In this document: piece by piece, positions 19,589 through 28,970 of the stretch
Layout: each line of letters starts with the position of its first letter
Numbering within the stretch: the stretch's first letter is position 1
NCBI GenBank assembly: GCA_009693245.1
Contig: SHXO01000005.1
Span: 1 to 62,084, forward strand
From: Betaproteobacteria bacterium
GTDB lineage: Bacteria > Pseudomonadota > Gammaproteobacteria > Burkholderiales > SHXO01
Direction of reading: 5' to 3'
Length of the DNA stretch: 62,084 nt
Translations under genes and position numbers: made by a program
The notes under the pieces: model-generated
Seen by the model: the letters and a program-made list of their open reading frames with translations, nothing else
What the model was told of the DNA's origin: nothing
Database searches by the model: none

Positions 19589-20481
19589 GTGCGGAAGGTG
19601 CCGGGTGGGGGTTCGGTGGTGTTGAGCGCTTGTCCGGGGAACAGACGGTTGAGCGAAACTTCCTCGGAGGCGATGGCGATGATGTCGTCGGTCTCGTACA
19701 TCACCATGGGTTTGGCGGCAAGGCGGTCCTTGGCGAAACCGATCTCGTCCTTGGTGGAAACCAGGAAGGAGAAGGTGCCGTCGAGATCTTCGATGGATTG
19801 CGCAAGGGCTTCTTGCAACGAGCGGCCATGCGAGAGTTTGTCGGCGAGATAGACCGCGATCAACTCGCTGTCGTTGCTGGTGTTGAAGGCGAAGCCGCGC
19901 TTTTCAAGGCGGCGGCGCATCTTGTAGTAATTGGTGATCTGGCCGTTGTGCACGATGGCCACATCGGCGAATCCGGTGGCCCAGAAAGGGTGCGAGGCAT
20001 CGGGTGTCACGTCCGATTCCGTGGCGAGCCGCACGTGGCCGATGCCATGGGAGCCGTGGAAGTCGCGCACGTTGTAGACATCGTCCACGTCGTGGGCGCT
20101 GCCCGTGTCCTTGATGATGTCCAGGCTCTCGCCGATGGAGAACACCTTGGCGGCGTGCTCCATGTCGTAGGAGAACTTCTGCACGTCGCCGCCGAAGTGC
20201 ACGATGACGCTGTAGCTTGTGCCCGCGCGCTCGTCAGATAGGATCGTGGCGTTGTGATCGCGTAGCTGCGCTTTGATCTCGGCGACTTTGGCGTCCGCCT
20301 CGCTGCCAGCACCTACGAAAAAGCGCAGCCGCAACTCACCGGGATTCGCATGGTGATACAGCGCGAAGCCAGTGGAATCCGGGCCGCGGTGCTGGCAGCC
20401 ATCCAGCATGCTGATGAGAGATTTGCCCACGAGGGCGTCCGCGCCGGGGCGCTTGAACATGATTCCTGCTATTCCGCACAT
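19570..20481 (-). CDS. class II (Ntn) glutamine amidotransferase (MgsA/GlxB-like)
   Basis: 303 aa beginning MCGIAG, with the catalytic Cys at position 2. It overlaps the next gene by 19 nt. Confidence 0.85.
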   Translation of the reverse strand: MCGIAGIMFKRPGADALVGKSLISMLDGCQHRGPDSTGFALYHHANPGELRLRFFVGAGSEADAKVAEIKAQLRDHNATILSDERAGTSYSVIVHFGGDVQKFSYDMEHAAKVFSIGESLDIIKDTGSAHDVDDVYNVRDFHGSHGIGHVRLATESDVTPDASHPFWATGFADVAIVHNGQITNYYKMRRRLEKRGFAFNTSNDSELIAVYLADKLSHGRSLQEALAQSIEDLDGTFSFLVSTKDEIGFAKDRLAAKPMVMYETDDIIAIASEEVSLNRLFPGQALNTTEPPPGTFRTWQRSI

Positions 20482-20553
20482 GATGTCACCTTTAGGTCAT
20501 CGTAAGTCTACAAACAACGTCTACCACGGAGGCAAAGCGTTAGCCTTCACTGA

Positions 20554-20596
20554 AAAGGAGCCGCTTCAGTGCCCCACTGAAGCGGCTCCTTTTTCT
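20554..20596 (-). terminator. strong hairpin with flanking T/A runs between two genes of the cluster
   Basis: AAAAGGAGCCGCTTCAGTG-CCCC-CACTGAAGCGGCTCCTTTTT. The GGAGCCGCTTCAGTG arms pair perfectly (15 bp). The right arm encodes the last codons of the upstream gene. Runs on both sides give a bidirectional terminator shape. Confidence 0.5.
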
Positions 20597-21852
20597 CCCG
20601 TAAGTTGATACTGCTCGAACCGCGACAACCGAAACCCTTTGATCAAGTCGTGATCGCGGTCGTTGAACAGCGTGTAACTCATGGTCTTGCCACTCACGGG
20701 CGTTGCTTTGAATCCCCAGGTGCCCCAGCCCGCATCCAGATAGAAACCTTCCACCGGTGTCTTGCCCATGATGGGAGCGAAATCCGGAGTCATGTCCGCC
20801 AAGCCGGCCCACTGGCGAACGATCTTCGCCGTGGATAGGAAGGGGAACATATCGAGGATGTGAGCGCAGAGGCCCTCCGCGAAGTCGAGCGTGGAGCGGG
20901 TGTTCTGCACTTCGTAGGGATCCAGCGATGCACCCATCACCAGTTCGCCGCGGGCCGATTGGCTGATGTAGATGTGCAAGCTGCCCGAAACGAAAATCTC
21001 GTTGAGCCAGGGTTTCATGGGTTCGCTCACCATCGCTTGAAGGGGGTGGACGTATATGGGCGAACGCAAGCCCACCATGTTCAAGATGCGAGGCGTGAAT
21101 CCCGCCACGGCGCACAAAACCTTTTTGGTGGCCACGTAACCGCGCGTCGTGTGCACGCCTACCACCTTGCCGCCTTTTACATCGATGCCCGTTACTTCGG
21201 TCTGCTGGTGAATCTCCACCCCGCGCTGGTCCGCGCCGCGACCATAACCCCAGGCCACCGCATCGTGGCGTGCGATGGCGCCCGGCGCGTGATATAGGGC
21301 GCCGAGAATGGGGGCATGGCCCGCGCAAGTCAGATCGATGTGCGGACAGGCTTTCTTGATGAACTCGGGACCCACCACTTCGCTGTCCACGCCGAAGTGC
21401 TTGTTGACCTCCGCCCGCCAGCGGGCGGTGCGCATGGCGGAATCCGTGTGCGCCAGGGTGAAGTGCCCGCGCGTGGAGTAGAAGAGGTTCAGGTCGAAAT
21501 CCTGGGCCAGATCTTGGTAGAGCCGTACGCTCTCATCGTAAAAGGCCACGCCTTCGGGGGTTAGGTAGTTGGAGCGGATGATGGTGGTATTGCGCCCGGT
21601 GTTGCCGCCACCCAGGTAGCCCTTCTCCAGCACGGCTACATTGCTGAGTTTGTAGTCCCTGGCAAGATAGTAAGCGCTCGCCAAACCGTGCCCGCCGGCG
21701 CCGATGATCACGGCGTCGTAGGTGAGTTTGAGCCGCTCCGGGACGCGAAACATGCGCGGTTCCGGGTGCTCGCGGCTCAAGGCAAAACGCAGTAGCCCTA
21801 GGGCCATGGGGAAAGGTTGTGGGGGAAGAGAGGGGTCTATTTTCCTTGCCAC
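20566..21852 (-). CDS. sarcosine oxidase beta-subunit family FAD oxidoreductase
   Basis: 428 aa with YDAVIIGAGGHGLASAYYLA and a C-terminal GEKGAASVGH typical of SoxB. The true start may be the internal Met at about 21807. Confidence 0.9.
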   Translation of the reverse strand: MARKIDPSLPPQPFPMALGLLRFALSREHPEPRMFRVPERLKLTYDAVIIGAGGHGLASAYYLARDYKLSNVAVLEKGYLGGGNTGRNTTIIRSNYLTPEGVAFYDESVRLYQDLAQDFDLNLFYSTRGHFTLAHTDSAMRTARWRAEVNKHFGVDSEVVGPEFIKKACPHIDLTCAGHAPILGALYHAPGAIARHDAVAWGYGRGADQRGVEIHQQTEVTGIDVKGGKVVGVHTTRGYVATKKVLCAVAGFTPRILNMVGLRSPIYVHPLQAMVSEPMKPWLNEIFVSGSLHIYISQSARGELVMGASLDPYEVQNTRSTLDFAEGLCAHILDMFPFLSTAKIVRQWAGLADMTPDFAPIMGKTPVEGFYLDAGWGTWGFKATPVSGKTMSYTLFNDRDHDLIKGFRLSRFEQYQLTGEKGAASVGH

Positions 21853-21914
21853 CTGCCATGGGTGTCAAGAATGGCATTCAATAATATTTCTTAGCAGGAA
21901 ACCTGCCCAAGGCG

Positions 21915-22205
21915 CTATTTTGCCGGCAACCGGTACAAGTCCCAGCGTAAGCTGGCAATCCGGTAGGCGTCCACCAAGGAGATGACGTAGATGAACACCC
22001 CGCCGGCGTGGCGGCCAAGGAAGGACTGCGCCGACGTCGTCAGATGGTAACTCACGATGGCGAGCGAGATCACGAAGAACACGAAGACGATGGCGCGCGT
22101 TGCATTGTTGTTGAGCACTTGGCCCATGCCCGGTAGCAGCGCCGCCACGGCGAGCACCGCCCACGGATTGAGAGGAGGTTTGGGCGCGGGCGCGTTAGAG
22201 GCCAT
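21915..22205 (-). CDS. small membrane protein, unknown function
   Basis: 96 aa with 2-3 hydrophobic helices. It overlaps the upstream ORF by 11 nt. Confidence 0.4.
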   Translation of the reverse strand: MASNAPAPKPPLNPWAVLAVAALLPGMGQVLNNNATRAIVFVFFVISLAIVSYHLTTSAQSFLGRHAGGVFIYVISLVDAYRIASLRWDLYRLPAK

Positions 22206-22854
22206 GGGCGTGGATTGTATTGGCTAGCGCGCTTGCGCGCGACAGCAGGAGTTGCAGTAATGCGGTTGGCGCGCCATCGGTATCGAAATGCCCGGCGCGA
22301 AGCACCAAGTACTCCGCCCGCCGCGCTTGCGACAGTTGGTACACCAAGCGCACGCCTTTTGGCGTCACGAGAAGTTCCTTCGCGCGCGGATCGGCGAAGA
22401 ACTCGCACGCATGTTCCGATAGCGATTCCAAGGCGGCGCGCGGCGCGCTGCACTTGATGGTCAATTCCGTGGGCCACCCAGGAAGAGAATCAAGACGGTA
22501 GGGCAGCTGCCCGCCAGGCGAGTAGAACTCCGTACTTTGGCTGCGAGCGAGGATGTCCAAATGCGGAAATTCGCCTAGATCCGCCCGCAACGAAACCGTG
22601 ATCCACAGGGAGGGCACCTTACGGAAGGTGGCATCGTCACGGAACAAACTCACCTCCGCGGCCTTGCCCGCGAACCGGCCACGCAAGACCGGGAACCCGT
22701 CCCCGGCAAGGGTTTTCTCGCACTCCACAAGCGAAGAATTCTCGCAGCCAAGAACATTGGTGCGCCAGGCCTCATACCGGCGCCGGTCTCGCAGGTGCAT
22801 CCAGACCAGTACACTTCCCAATAACAGCGCGATGACCAGCAGTTCGAATTTCAT
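22195..22854 (-). CDS. hypothetical protein with N-terminal membrane anchor
   Basis: 219 aa. MKFELLVIALLLGSVLVWMHL anchor. I recognise no motif. Confidence 0.4.
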   Translation of the reverse strand: MKFELLVIALLLGSVLVWMHLRDRRRYEAWRTNVLGCENSSLVECEKTLAGDGFPVLRGRFAGKAAEVSLFRDDATFRKVPSLWITVSLRADLGEFPHLDILARSQSTEFYSPGGQLPYRLDSLPGWPTELTIKCSAPRAALESLSEHACEFFADPRAKELLVTPKGVRLVYQLSQARRAEYLVLRAGHFDTDGAPTALLQLLLSRASALANTIHAHGL

Positions 22855-23235
22855 CGGTTAATATTGCAACGTGCTATGGGCACACTGGTGCGTCCGGGGA
22901 AGCAAGAGGTGCCTGGTATTGGAGCATCGATTGGGGGCTAGATCATGAAACGATTCGAGTTAATCCAAACGCCAGACCGCCGCAAAGCCTGTACGGACAG
23001 CCGGAAAATTTCCGACCGCCGCGCAAGGAGCGAGCACCGCCGTTACATTGCGCGAATTGCTGGACGAAGCCCACGCCCGAATCCGCGCGCTGCAACGGAC
23101 CGTGGAGGCCCTAGGCGAGCCGGTCTGATAATAAATAGGGCTTTGCGGCCGTAAAGAGGCAACGCGATAACAAATCTTCAACCGCGAGAGGCACGACGCC
23201 TTGGCCGCGATGATTTCAACCAGCCCACGCTCAAG

Positions 23236-23766
23236 GTGGCCAAGCACCTGATCGGCAAGTTCATCGTGCGGCGGCATGGGCGCCATCTACTTTGCGGGAT
23301 GATCACCGAAGCCGAGGCCTACAAGGGGCCCAGGGACAGAGCGGCGCATTCCTTCGGCGGGCGGCGCACGGCGCGGGTGGAACCGCTCTACGGCGAGGGC
23401 GGCACGGTGTACGTCTACCTGATTTATGGCATGCATTGGATGCTCAACTTCAGCACCGCTGGCGCGGGTCTTCCTGAAGGTGTTTTGATTCGCGCAATCC
23501 TTGCTCGCATGGACGGAGAAGACAAATATCTCGCGGGACCAGGGCGGGTCACGAAGTATCTTGCCATCGGCAAGTCCCTTGATCGCGCGGACAGTACATC
23601 GTCGAAAAAAATCTGGATCGAGGACCGCGGTGTTCGAATTCCAAAGAAAGCGATCCAGCGCGGGCCGCGCATCGGCATCGGCTACGCCGGGGATTACTGG
23701 GCTGCCCGGCCGTGGCGGTTCTGGATCGGCGTAGTCGTGGCATCCCATGCCGCGGCGCGGATCTAA
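23236..23766 (+). CDS. mpg: DNA-3-methyladenine glycosylase (Mpg/AAG family)
   Basis: ITEAEAYKGPRDRAAHSFGGRRTARVEPLYGEGGTVYVYLIYGMHWMLN. The GTG at 23236 is the only canonical start, although family-like residues continue upstream. Confidence 0.85.
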   Translation: MAKHLIGKFIVRRHGRHLLCGMITEAEAYKGPRDRAAHSFGGRRTARVEPLYGEGGTVYVYLIYGMHWMLNFSTAGAGLPEGVLIRAILARMDGEDKYLAGPGRVTKYLAIGKSLDRADSTSSKKIWIEDRGVRIPKKAIQRGPRIGIGYAGDYWAARPWRFWIGVVVASHAAARI

Positions 23767-23807
23767 TGCCGTTATGCGAGCACCGGAAACGACTCGCTCT
23801 TCGCTCC

Positions 23808-25208
23808 TCAATATCCCTTGGGCCTTGGCCAATTCATGGTGAACTGGTCGCCCCGCTTTACGTACTTGTAGCGGTGAAACGCGAACCAGACCGAAGCCAG
23901 AATGTAGAATGCCATGATGGATAACAGCATGTCGCTGTAGCCCAGGTAGGTGGCGAAGTACACCGCCGCGCAGAGTACGAGCAAGATGATCGCTGTCCAC
24001 GGGTGGAAGGGATGCACGTAGCCACGGTGGATGGTACCCAGGGGCCAGAGCTTGCGGAAGCGCAGCATGTTGAAGGACATGAAGGTGTAGCCCAACAAGC
24101 CGGAGAGGATGGAGAAGCCGATCACGAGGTCCAGCCGGGTGTAGAACAGCAGCGCGAACACCACGGCGATGGGGATGAGGAAGATGATCGCCCGGTAGGG
24201 CGTGCGGTAGCGCGGGTGCACCGCGCCGAACCACTCGGGCATGTAACGGTCGCGGCCCATGGAGAACCAGGAGCGCGAGGCGTCGTTGATACATCCGTTG
24301 GCCGACGCCAGCGCGGCGAATAGCGTACCGACGAACATGATGGCTTGCAGCCCACCGCCGCCCGTGAGTTTCGCCGCGTCGTAGAGCGGGGTGTACGCTT
24401 GGCCGAGATACTGCCAAGGCATCAACCCGGAGGCGACATACCATGTGATGGAGGCGGCGATCAACAGGGTGATCATTCCGCTCATCGTGCCGAGGGGGAT
24501 GGAGCGTCCCGCCGAGCGTACTTCTTCCGCAGCCTGGCAGGTGCCTTCGATGCCAAGGTAGTACCACATGCCGAATTGCAACGCGCCGATGGCGCCTATC
24601 CATCCGTAGGGCAGATCGGTGAACAGCTCCTTGTGCAGCAAAACCTTGCCGGGTTGGAACGGTGACACGCTGAAGAACAGCACGATGATGGACAGGAACG
24701 CAATGGCAGTGATCACGAAGTTGACGTTGAGCGTCGCGTACACGCCACGGTAGTTGAGCCAGGCCAGCACGGCGATGGAGAGTACGATGAAGGGTTTGAC
24801 GTCGAGATCCGCGAATCCCGTCTCCCCGGCGAAGGACTTGATCAAATCCCCCACCACGATGGCGTTGCTTGCCTCCAGCATGGTGTACGCCATCACCAAG
24901 TACAAGCCTACGTTGAAGGCCATGAGCGGGCCGATGATGTGTTTCGCTTGCGTGTATTGCCCGCCCGCGGCGGCCACGGTGGAAGTGACCTCGGAGTCGA
25001 TCATGGCCACGCAGGTGTAGAGCAGGCCGATATACCAGCACGCGATGAGCGCGCCCCAAGCGCCGCCCTTGGCCAAGGAGAAATTCCAACCCGTGAACTC
25101 TCCCACCAAGACGATGCCCACGCCAAGTGCCCATACGTGAACGGGCCCCAGGACTTTTCTCAGACTTATGCGTTGCCCGCCGCCCTGCGCCGCTGTCGTT
25201 GCCGCCAT
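23808..25208 (-). CDS. APC-superfamily amino acid/amine permease (ethanolamine-permease-like)
   Basis: 466 aa with about 12 TM segments. N-terminal LRKVLGPVHVWALGVGIVLVGEFTGWNF. RBS GGGAGAAGAGG precedes it. Confidence 0.85.
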   Translation of the reverse strand: MAATTAAQGGGQRISLRKVLGPVHVWALGVGIVLVGEFTGWNFSLAKGGAWGALIACWYIGLLYTCVAMIDSEVTSTVAAAGGQYTQAKHIIGPLMAFNVGLYLVMAYTMLEASNAIVVGDLIKSFAGETGFADLDVKPFIVLSIAVLAWLNYRGVYATLNVNFVITAIAFLSIIVLFFSVSPFQPGKVLLHKELFTDLPYGWIGAIGALQFGMWYYLGIEGTCQAAEEVRSAGRSIPLGTMSGMITLLIAASITWYVASGLMPWQYLGQAYTPLYDAAKLTGGGGLQAIMFVGTLFAALASANGCINDASRSWFSMGRDRYMPEWFGAVHPRYRTPYRAIIFLIPIAVVFALLFYTRLDLVIGFSILSGLLGYTFMSFNMLRFRKLWPLGTIHRGYVHPFHPWTAIILLVLCAAVYFATYLGYSDMLLSIMAFYILASVWFAFHRYKYVKRGDQFTMNWPRPKGY

Positions 25209-25228
25209 CCTCTTCTCCCGTCTTGTGC

Positions 25229-25375
25229 CTATTCCTCGCCTTCGCGGGAACTCATTAGAAAGTCTTCCTGGTATTGCTTATTGACCGCGATGGCGTCGGC
25301 GATCATCCAGCCAAAGAGCAGGAGGGAAATGATCCACGCGGCATAGTTGAGCAAGGTCCATGGGTTCATGTTCAT
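25229..25375 (-). CDS. 48-aa single-TM protein
   Basis: MNMNPWTLLNYAAWIISLLLFGWMIADAIAV... ATGA overlap with the upstream gene. It lies 20 nt upstream of the permease start. Confidence 0.4.
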   Translation of the reverse strand: MNMNPWTLLNYAAWIISLLLFGWMIADAIAVNKQYQEDFLMSSREGEE

Positions 25376-25776
25376 TCCTTTCCAAAGCGCTCGGCGATGA
25401 CCTCCCGGTATTCGCGGTCGGAGATGCGCAGGAGAAGCAGAAAATACCCAACGATCACGATGGCGGTGATCCACAGCCAGTGGGAGCCCAGATCCTTGGC
25501 GAAATCGAATTTGGTTTCGATGAGCCCTTTTGCGTCGGCGGGTTTCTTTCCGAGTTTCTCCCATTGTTGCGCTTGCACGGTGCCTTGCCCCAGGCTTTCC
25601 CAGGTGGGTTCGGCGGGCGCGGGCTGCTCAGCGGCAGGGGGCGCGGCGGCCTGCTCCGCAGCCTGCTTCTTCTTCAGCTCGAAGGGTAGCAACAAGCATA
25701 GGAATAGCAGCGCCAGGATCAGCAAGCTGTCGGCGATTTGCCCTGCGCCGCTTTGTCTTGGGGGTCGGTATGCCAT
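25372..25776 (-). CDS. 134-aa two-TM protein with Ala/Pro/Gln-rich linker
   Basis: Hydrophobic segments LLILALLFLCLLLPF and WLWITAIVIVGYFLLLL. Tightly packed in the operon. Confidence 0.5.
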   Translation of the reverse strand: MAYRPPRQSGAGQIADSLLILALLFLCLLLPFELKKKQAAEQAAAPPAAEQPAPAEPTWESLGQGTVQAQQWEKLGKKPADAKGLIETKFDFAKDLGSHWLWITAIVIVGYFLLLLRISDREYREVIAERFGKE

Positions 25777-25777
25777 C

Positions 25778-26056
25778 TCATGCCTCCTCGTCCATGTGGC
25801 GAATATCCAGGCCGTAGATATGCTCCTTATCCTTCCGGTAATGCCGGATCATGGCGATCATGGAAGCGGTGTTGAACAAGAGCAGTAGCGCCGCCCCAAT
25901 GATGAGTACTACTCGCATGCCGGGGCTTGCGATCAACGGGGCTATGGCGAAATAGACAAACAAGATGGTGAGCCAGAGCACGACGACGAAGGCGAGTGCC
26001 ATGGCGCGGTCACGCGAGAACATGCTCTCCACGCGGGTGGATAAAGCAGGATCCAT
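25778..26056 (-). CDS. 92-aa two-TM protein
   Basis: ATG at 26056 is preceded by GGAGGAGAA. MDPALSTRVESMFSRDRAMALAFVVVLWLTILFVYFAIAPL... Confidence 0.5.
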   Translation of the reverse strand: MDPALSTRVESMFSRDRAMALAFVVVLWLTILFVYFAIAPLIASPGMRVVLIIGAALLLLFNTASMIAMIRHYRKDKEHIYGLDIRHMDEEA

Positions 26057-26198
26057 CGATTTCTCCTCCAACTTATTTATGAGCCGGGGTGAACCCCGTG
26101 CAACATTCTTTCTAGCGGAGATATATCTACGTCTCGTTCGGCGTGCTGTCAATAAAATTCGATGTTGCGGCGCGAAACGAGACGCGAGGAGCGGATGC

Positions 26199-26608
26199 TT
26201 AGAACCGAACGCTTACGCCGGTGCTGGCGGCCCAATCCGCCGCCAACTGGACACCATTGACGTGTTGGTAGAGGGGGAGTTGCAAGAAGCCGTAGAGGCG
26301 CACGTTCCTGCTCGCGGACACGCTGATGCCGGGTGAGAAGAAGACGAACTTTGCGCCCGAGTCACCGGATTCCGCTTCTTCCCCCCGGTCACTTCGCCCG
26401 GCGCAATTTTCTTGGTGCCCGCCCGCCGGTGGTCTTGATCCACGTATTCGAAGCGCAAGTCCAGCCGCGTTGTGCCATCCAGTAACACGCCTTGCGCTTC
26501 CCAGCCGGTGTTGATGGCACATACGGCTTGTCCGCAATTGGCGGCACTATGAGTGCTGAAGACGGCGGATGCGAGAAGAACGGACGAAACCAGTAACAGC
26601 CGGGGCAT
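26199..26608 (-). pseudogene. outer-membrane beta-barrel protein remnant (frameshifted and probably internally deleted)
   Basis: The signal peptide MPRLLLVSSVLLASAVFS plus LDLRFEYVDQD is in one frame. The C-terminal strands AKFVFFSPGISVSASRNVRLYGFLQLPLYQ...STGVSVRF (terminal Phe) are in another. The frames meet near a C6 run at 26381-26386. Confidence 0.5.
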
Positions 26609-26778
26609 CTGTTGTGTTCAGGAAAATTGTAGTGACGGGCATCCTAACGATTGCTGGAGCACCTGGGAATGCGATATGTTGCCACACCCCCGGAAAATGC
26701 CGCCACCACGCTCCCCGCGGCCTATGCAATGGTGCTGACCGCCATCCCCCTTGTAGCCTATTCCTTGTTAGTGGTTCG

Positions 26779-27870
26779 CTATTGTTTGGCGCCGAGGGCG
26801 ATCGCGCGAGCTTTCGCCGCGTCCGCCGCGCTTCGGTCCGCATCATTGGGCAACCAGCCTTGGAGGTTATCCCGCAGGATATTCGCCAGCGCATCGATCC
26901 ATTGCGGGCGTTCGTTCAGGCAGGGAACGTAGTGGAACTCTCCGCCGCCGGCTTTCAGGAACGCGGCTTTATTCTCCATGGCGATCTCTTCCAGGGTCTC
27001 TAAGCAATCGGAGACGAAGCCGGGGCATATCACGTCGAGGCGGTTCACCTTTTCCTTGCCCAGCTTGCGCATGGTCTCGATGGTGTAGGGCTTCAACCAC
27101 TCCGCCTTGCCGAAGCGCGACTGGAAGGTCACCAGGTAATTCTCCGGCTTCATGCCTAGGGCCTCGGCGATGAGCCGTGCTGTTTTCTGGCATTCGCAAT
27201 GGTAAGGATCGCCGCGTTCCAGGGAGAACTTCGGTAGCCCGTGAAAACTCATCAGCAGTTTTGTGGGCCGGCCGTTCGCCAACCAATAATCCTGCACGCT
27301 CTGGGCCACGGCCTCTATGTAGGCTGGGTGATCGTGAAAGTGCTTGACCCAACGCAACTCCGGCTGGTGGCGCATCTTGGAGAGCGCCGCGCTCAACGCA
27401 TCGAAAGCGCTGGCGGTGGTGCTGGCGGCATACTGAGGATAAAGCGGCATGGCGAGAATTCGCGCGCAGCCCGCCTGCTTGAGCTTGGCGAGACCTTCTT
27501 CGATGGAGGGCGTGCCATGGCGCATGCCATAAGCAACGAGAGCGGAGGGCTTGATCGTGGCCCCCAGGTTGCCCTTGACCAAGCTTACCTGCCGCTCCGT
27601 ATGGAACTTCAGAGGCGAGCCGTCCTTGGTCCAGATCTTGGCGTATTTCGAAGCCGATTCCTTGGGCCGCGTGCGCAAGATCGCGCCGTGCAAGATCATC
27701 CACCAGAGAGCGCGCGGAATTTCCACAACTCTCGGGTCCCAAAGAAATTCCGCGAGGTACTTGCGTACGGCAGGCGCCGTGGGTGCATCCGGTGTGCCGA
27801 GGTTGATCAAGAGAACGCCTAGACGCGCAACTTGGTCATGCTTGAACGCAGGTTCGGACAAGAAGGGCAC
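26779..27870 (-). CDS. hemH: ferrochelatase
   Basis: [36 protein letters not shown]. The likely start is the GTG at 27870. The ORF-track start at 28041 overlaps hrcA. Confidence 0.9.
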   Translation of the reverse strand: MPFLSEPAFKHDQVARLGVLLINLGTPDAPTAPAVRKYLAEFLWDPRVVEIPRALWWMILHGAILRTRPKESASKYAKIWTKDGSPLKFHTERQVSLVKGNLGATIKPSALVAYGMRHGTPSIEEGLAKLKQAGCARILAMPLYPQYAASTTASAFDALSAALSKMRHQPELRWVKHFHDHPAYIEAVAQSVQDYWLANGRPTKLLMSFHGLPKFSLERGDPYHCECQKTARLIAEALGMKPENYLVTFQSRFGKAEWLKPYTIETMRKLGKEKVNRLDVICPGFVSDCLETLEEIAMENKAAFLKAGGGEFHYVPCLNERPQWIDALANILRDNLQGWLPNDADRSAADAAKARAIALGAKQ

Positions 27871-27872
27871 GC

Positions 27873-28925
27873 TTACTCCAGAGATCGCGCGCGCTGGCTC
27901 GCCATGGCGCTCGACAGCAGCTTGGCGGTGATCTCCACGATGGGGATCACCCGGTCGTAGGCCATGCGGGTGGGCCCGATGACGCCCACGGTTCCCAGCA
28001 CTTCGCCATCCACCGTGTAGGGCGCCGTGATGACCGCGCATTCGTCGAGCGGTACGAGACCGGATTCTCCGCCGATGTAGATCTGGATGCCTTGCGCGCG
28101 GCCGCCAGCGTCGAGCAATTGCAACAGGCCAGTGCGGTGCTCGAAGAGGTCGAAGAGCTTGCGCAGACTGGTCACGTTGGAGGAAAGATCCTGGACGTGC
28201 AGCAAATTGTGCTCGCCGGACAATACATAATCCTCGCCCTTCTGGTCGGTGGGGTCATCGCCCGCTTCCAGGGCGCTGGAGAGCAATTGGGTCATGTCGT
28301 CGCGCAAACGCTTTAATTCGCCGCGCAGGCGCAGCTTCATTTCCTCGAAGGTGAGGCCGGCGTAGTTCTGCGCCAGGAAGTTGCTGGCCTCCACCAGCTC
28401 CGAGTTGCTGTAGGCGCGCTCCGTGAGCACCACCCGGTTTTGCACGTCGCCTTCGGAGGTCACCATGATGAGCAAGATGCGCTTTTCCGCCAGCCGCAGA
28501 AACTCGATGTGGCGCACCCGCGTGTTCTTGCGTTTGGGTGTCATGACCACGCCGGCGAACTGCGTGAGCGCGGAGAGCAAATGGGAGGCGGACTGGACGA
28601 GCCTTTGCGTGCTGTCGGGCTGCAGTTGGTGCTCGAGATGGTTCAGTTCAGCACGGTCCAGCGGCTTGACGGTGAGCAGGCAGTCCACGAACAGCCGGTA
28701 CCCGCGAGGCGTGGGAATGCGGCCCGAGGAGGTGTGGGGACTCGCCACGAACCCCATCTCCTCCAGGTCCGCCATGGTGTTGCGGATGCTGGCGGCGCTC
28801 AAGTCCAGGCCGGAGAATTTGGAGAGCGTTCTGGATCCCACGGGTTCGCCCTCGGCGATGTAGCGTTCGACGAGAGTCTTCAGTAGCGCTTGGGCGCGTT
28901 CGCTTAGGAGAGCTTTGTCATTCAT
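27873..28925 (-). CDS. hrcA: heat-inducible transcriptional repressor HrcA
   Basis: 350 aa. [36 protein letters not shown]. Confidence 0.95.
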   Translation of the reverse strand: MNDKALLSERAQALLKTLVERYIAEGEPVGSRTLSKFSGLDLSAASIRNTMADLEEMGFVASPHTSSGRIPTPRGYRLFVDCLLTVKPLDRAELNHLEHQLQPDSTQRLVQSASHLLSALTQFAGVVMTPKRKNTRVRHIEFLRLAEKRILLIMVTSEGDVQNRVVLTERAYSNSELVEASNFLAQNYAGLTFEEMKLRLRGELKRLRDDMTQLLSSALEAGDDPTDQKGEDYVLSGEHNLLHVQDLSSNVTSLRKLFDLFEHRTGLLQLLDAGGRAQGIQIYIGGESGLVPLDECAVITAPYTVDGEVLGTVGVIGPTRMAYDRVIPIVEITAKLLSSAMASQRARSLE

Positions 28926-28970
28926 AATGCGGGAAATTCTACTCGTTGCGACTTAGACCATCGCATACAC

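Noticed and set aside
22945-23154. 69-aa ORF, plus an alternative-frame helical peptide, in the 380-bp gap upstream of mpg
   Set aside because: It is Arg-rich with no RBS and no motif, and the alternative frame lacks a start codon. It is treated as non-coding.
23287-25134. 615-aa ORF on the minus strand overlapping the permease gene in another frame
   Set aside because: The sequence is Arg/Gly/His/Pro-rich and low-complexity with no motifs. It lies entirely inside a well-supported 12-TM permease gene. This is a typical shadow ORF of high-GC DNA.
28926-28970. Looked for a CIRCE operator (TTAGCACTC-N9-GAGTGCTAA) in the hrcA/nadK divergent region
   Set aside because: No match to either half-site was seen.
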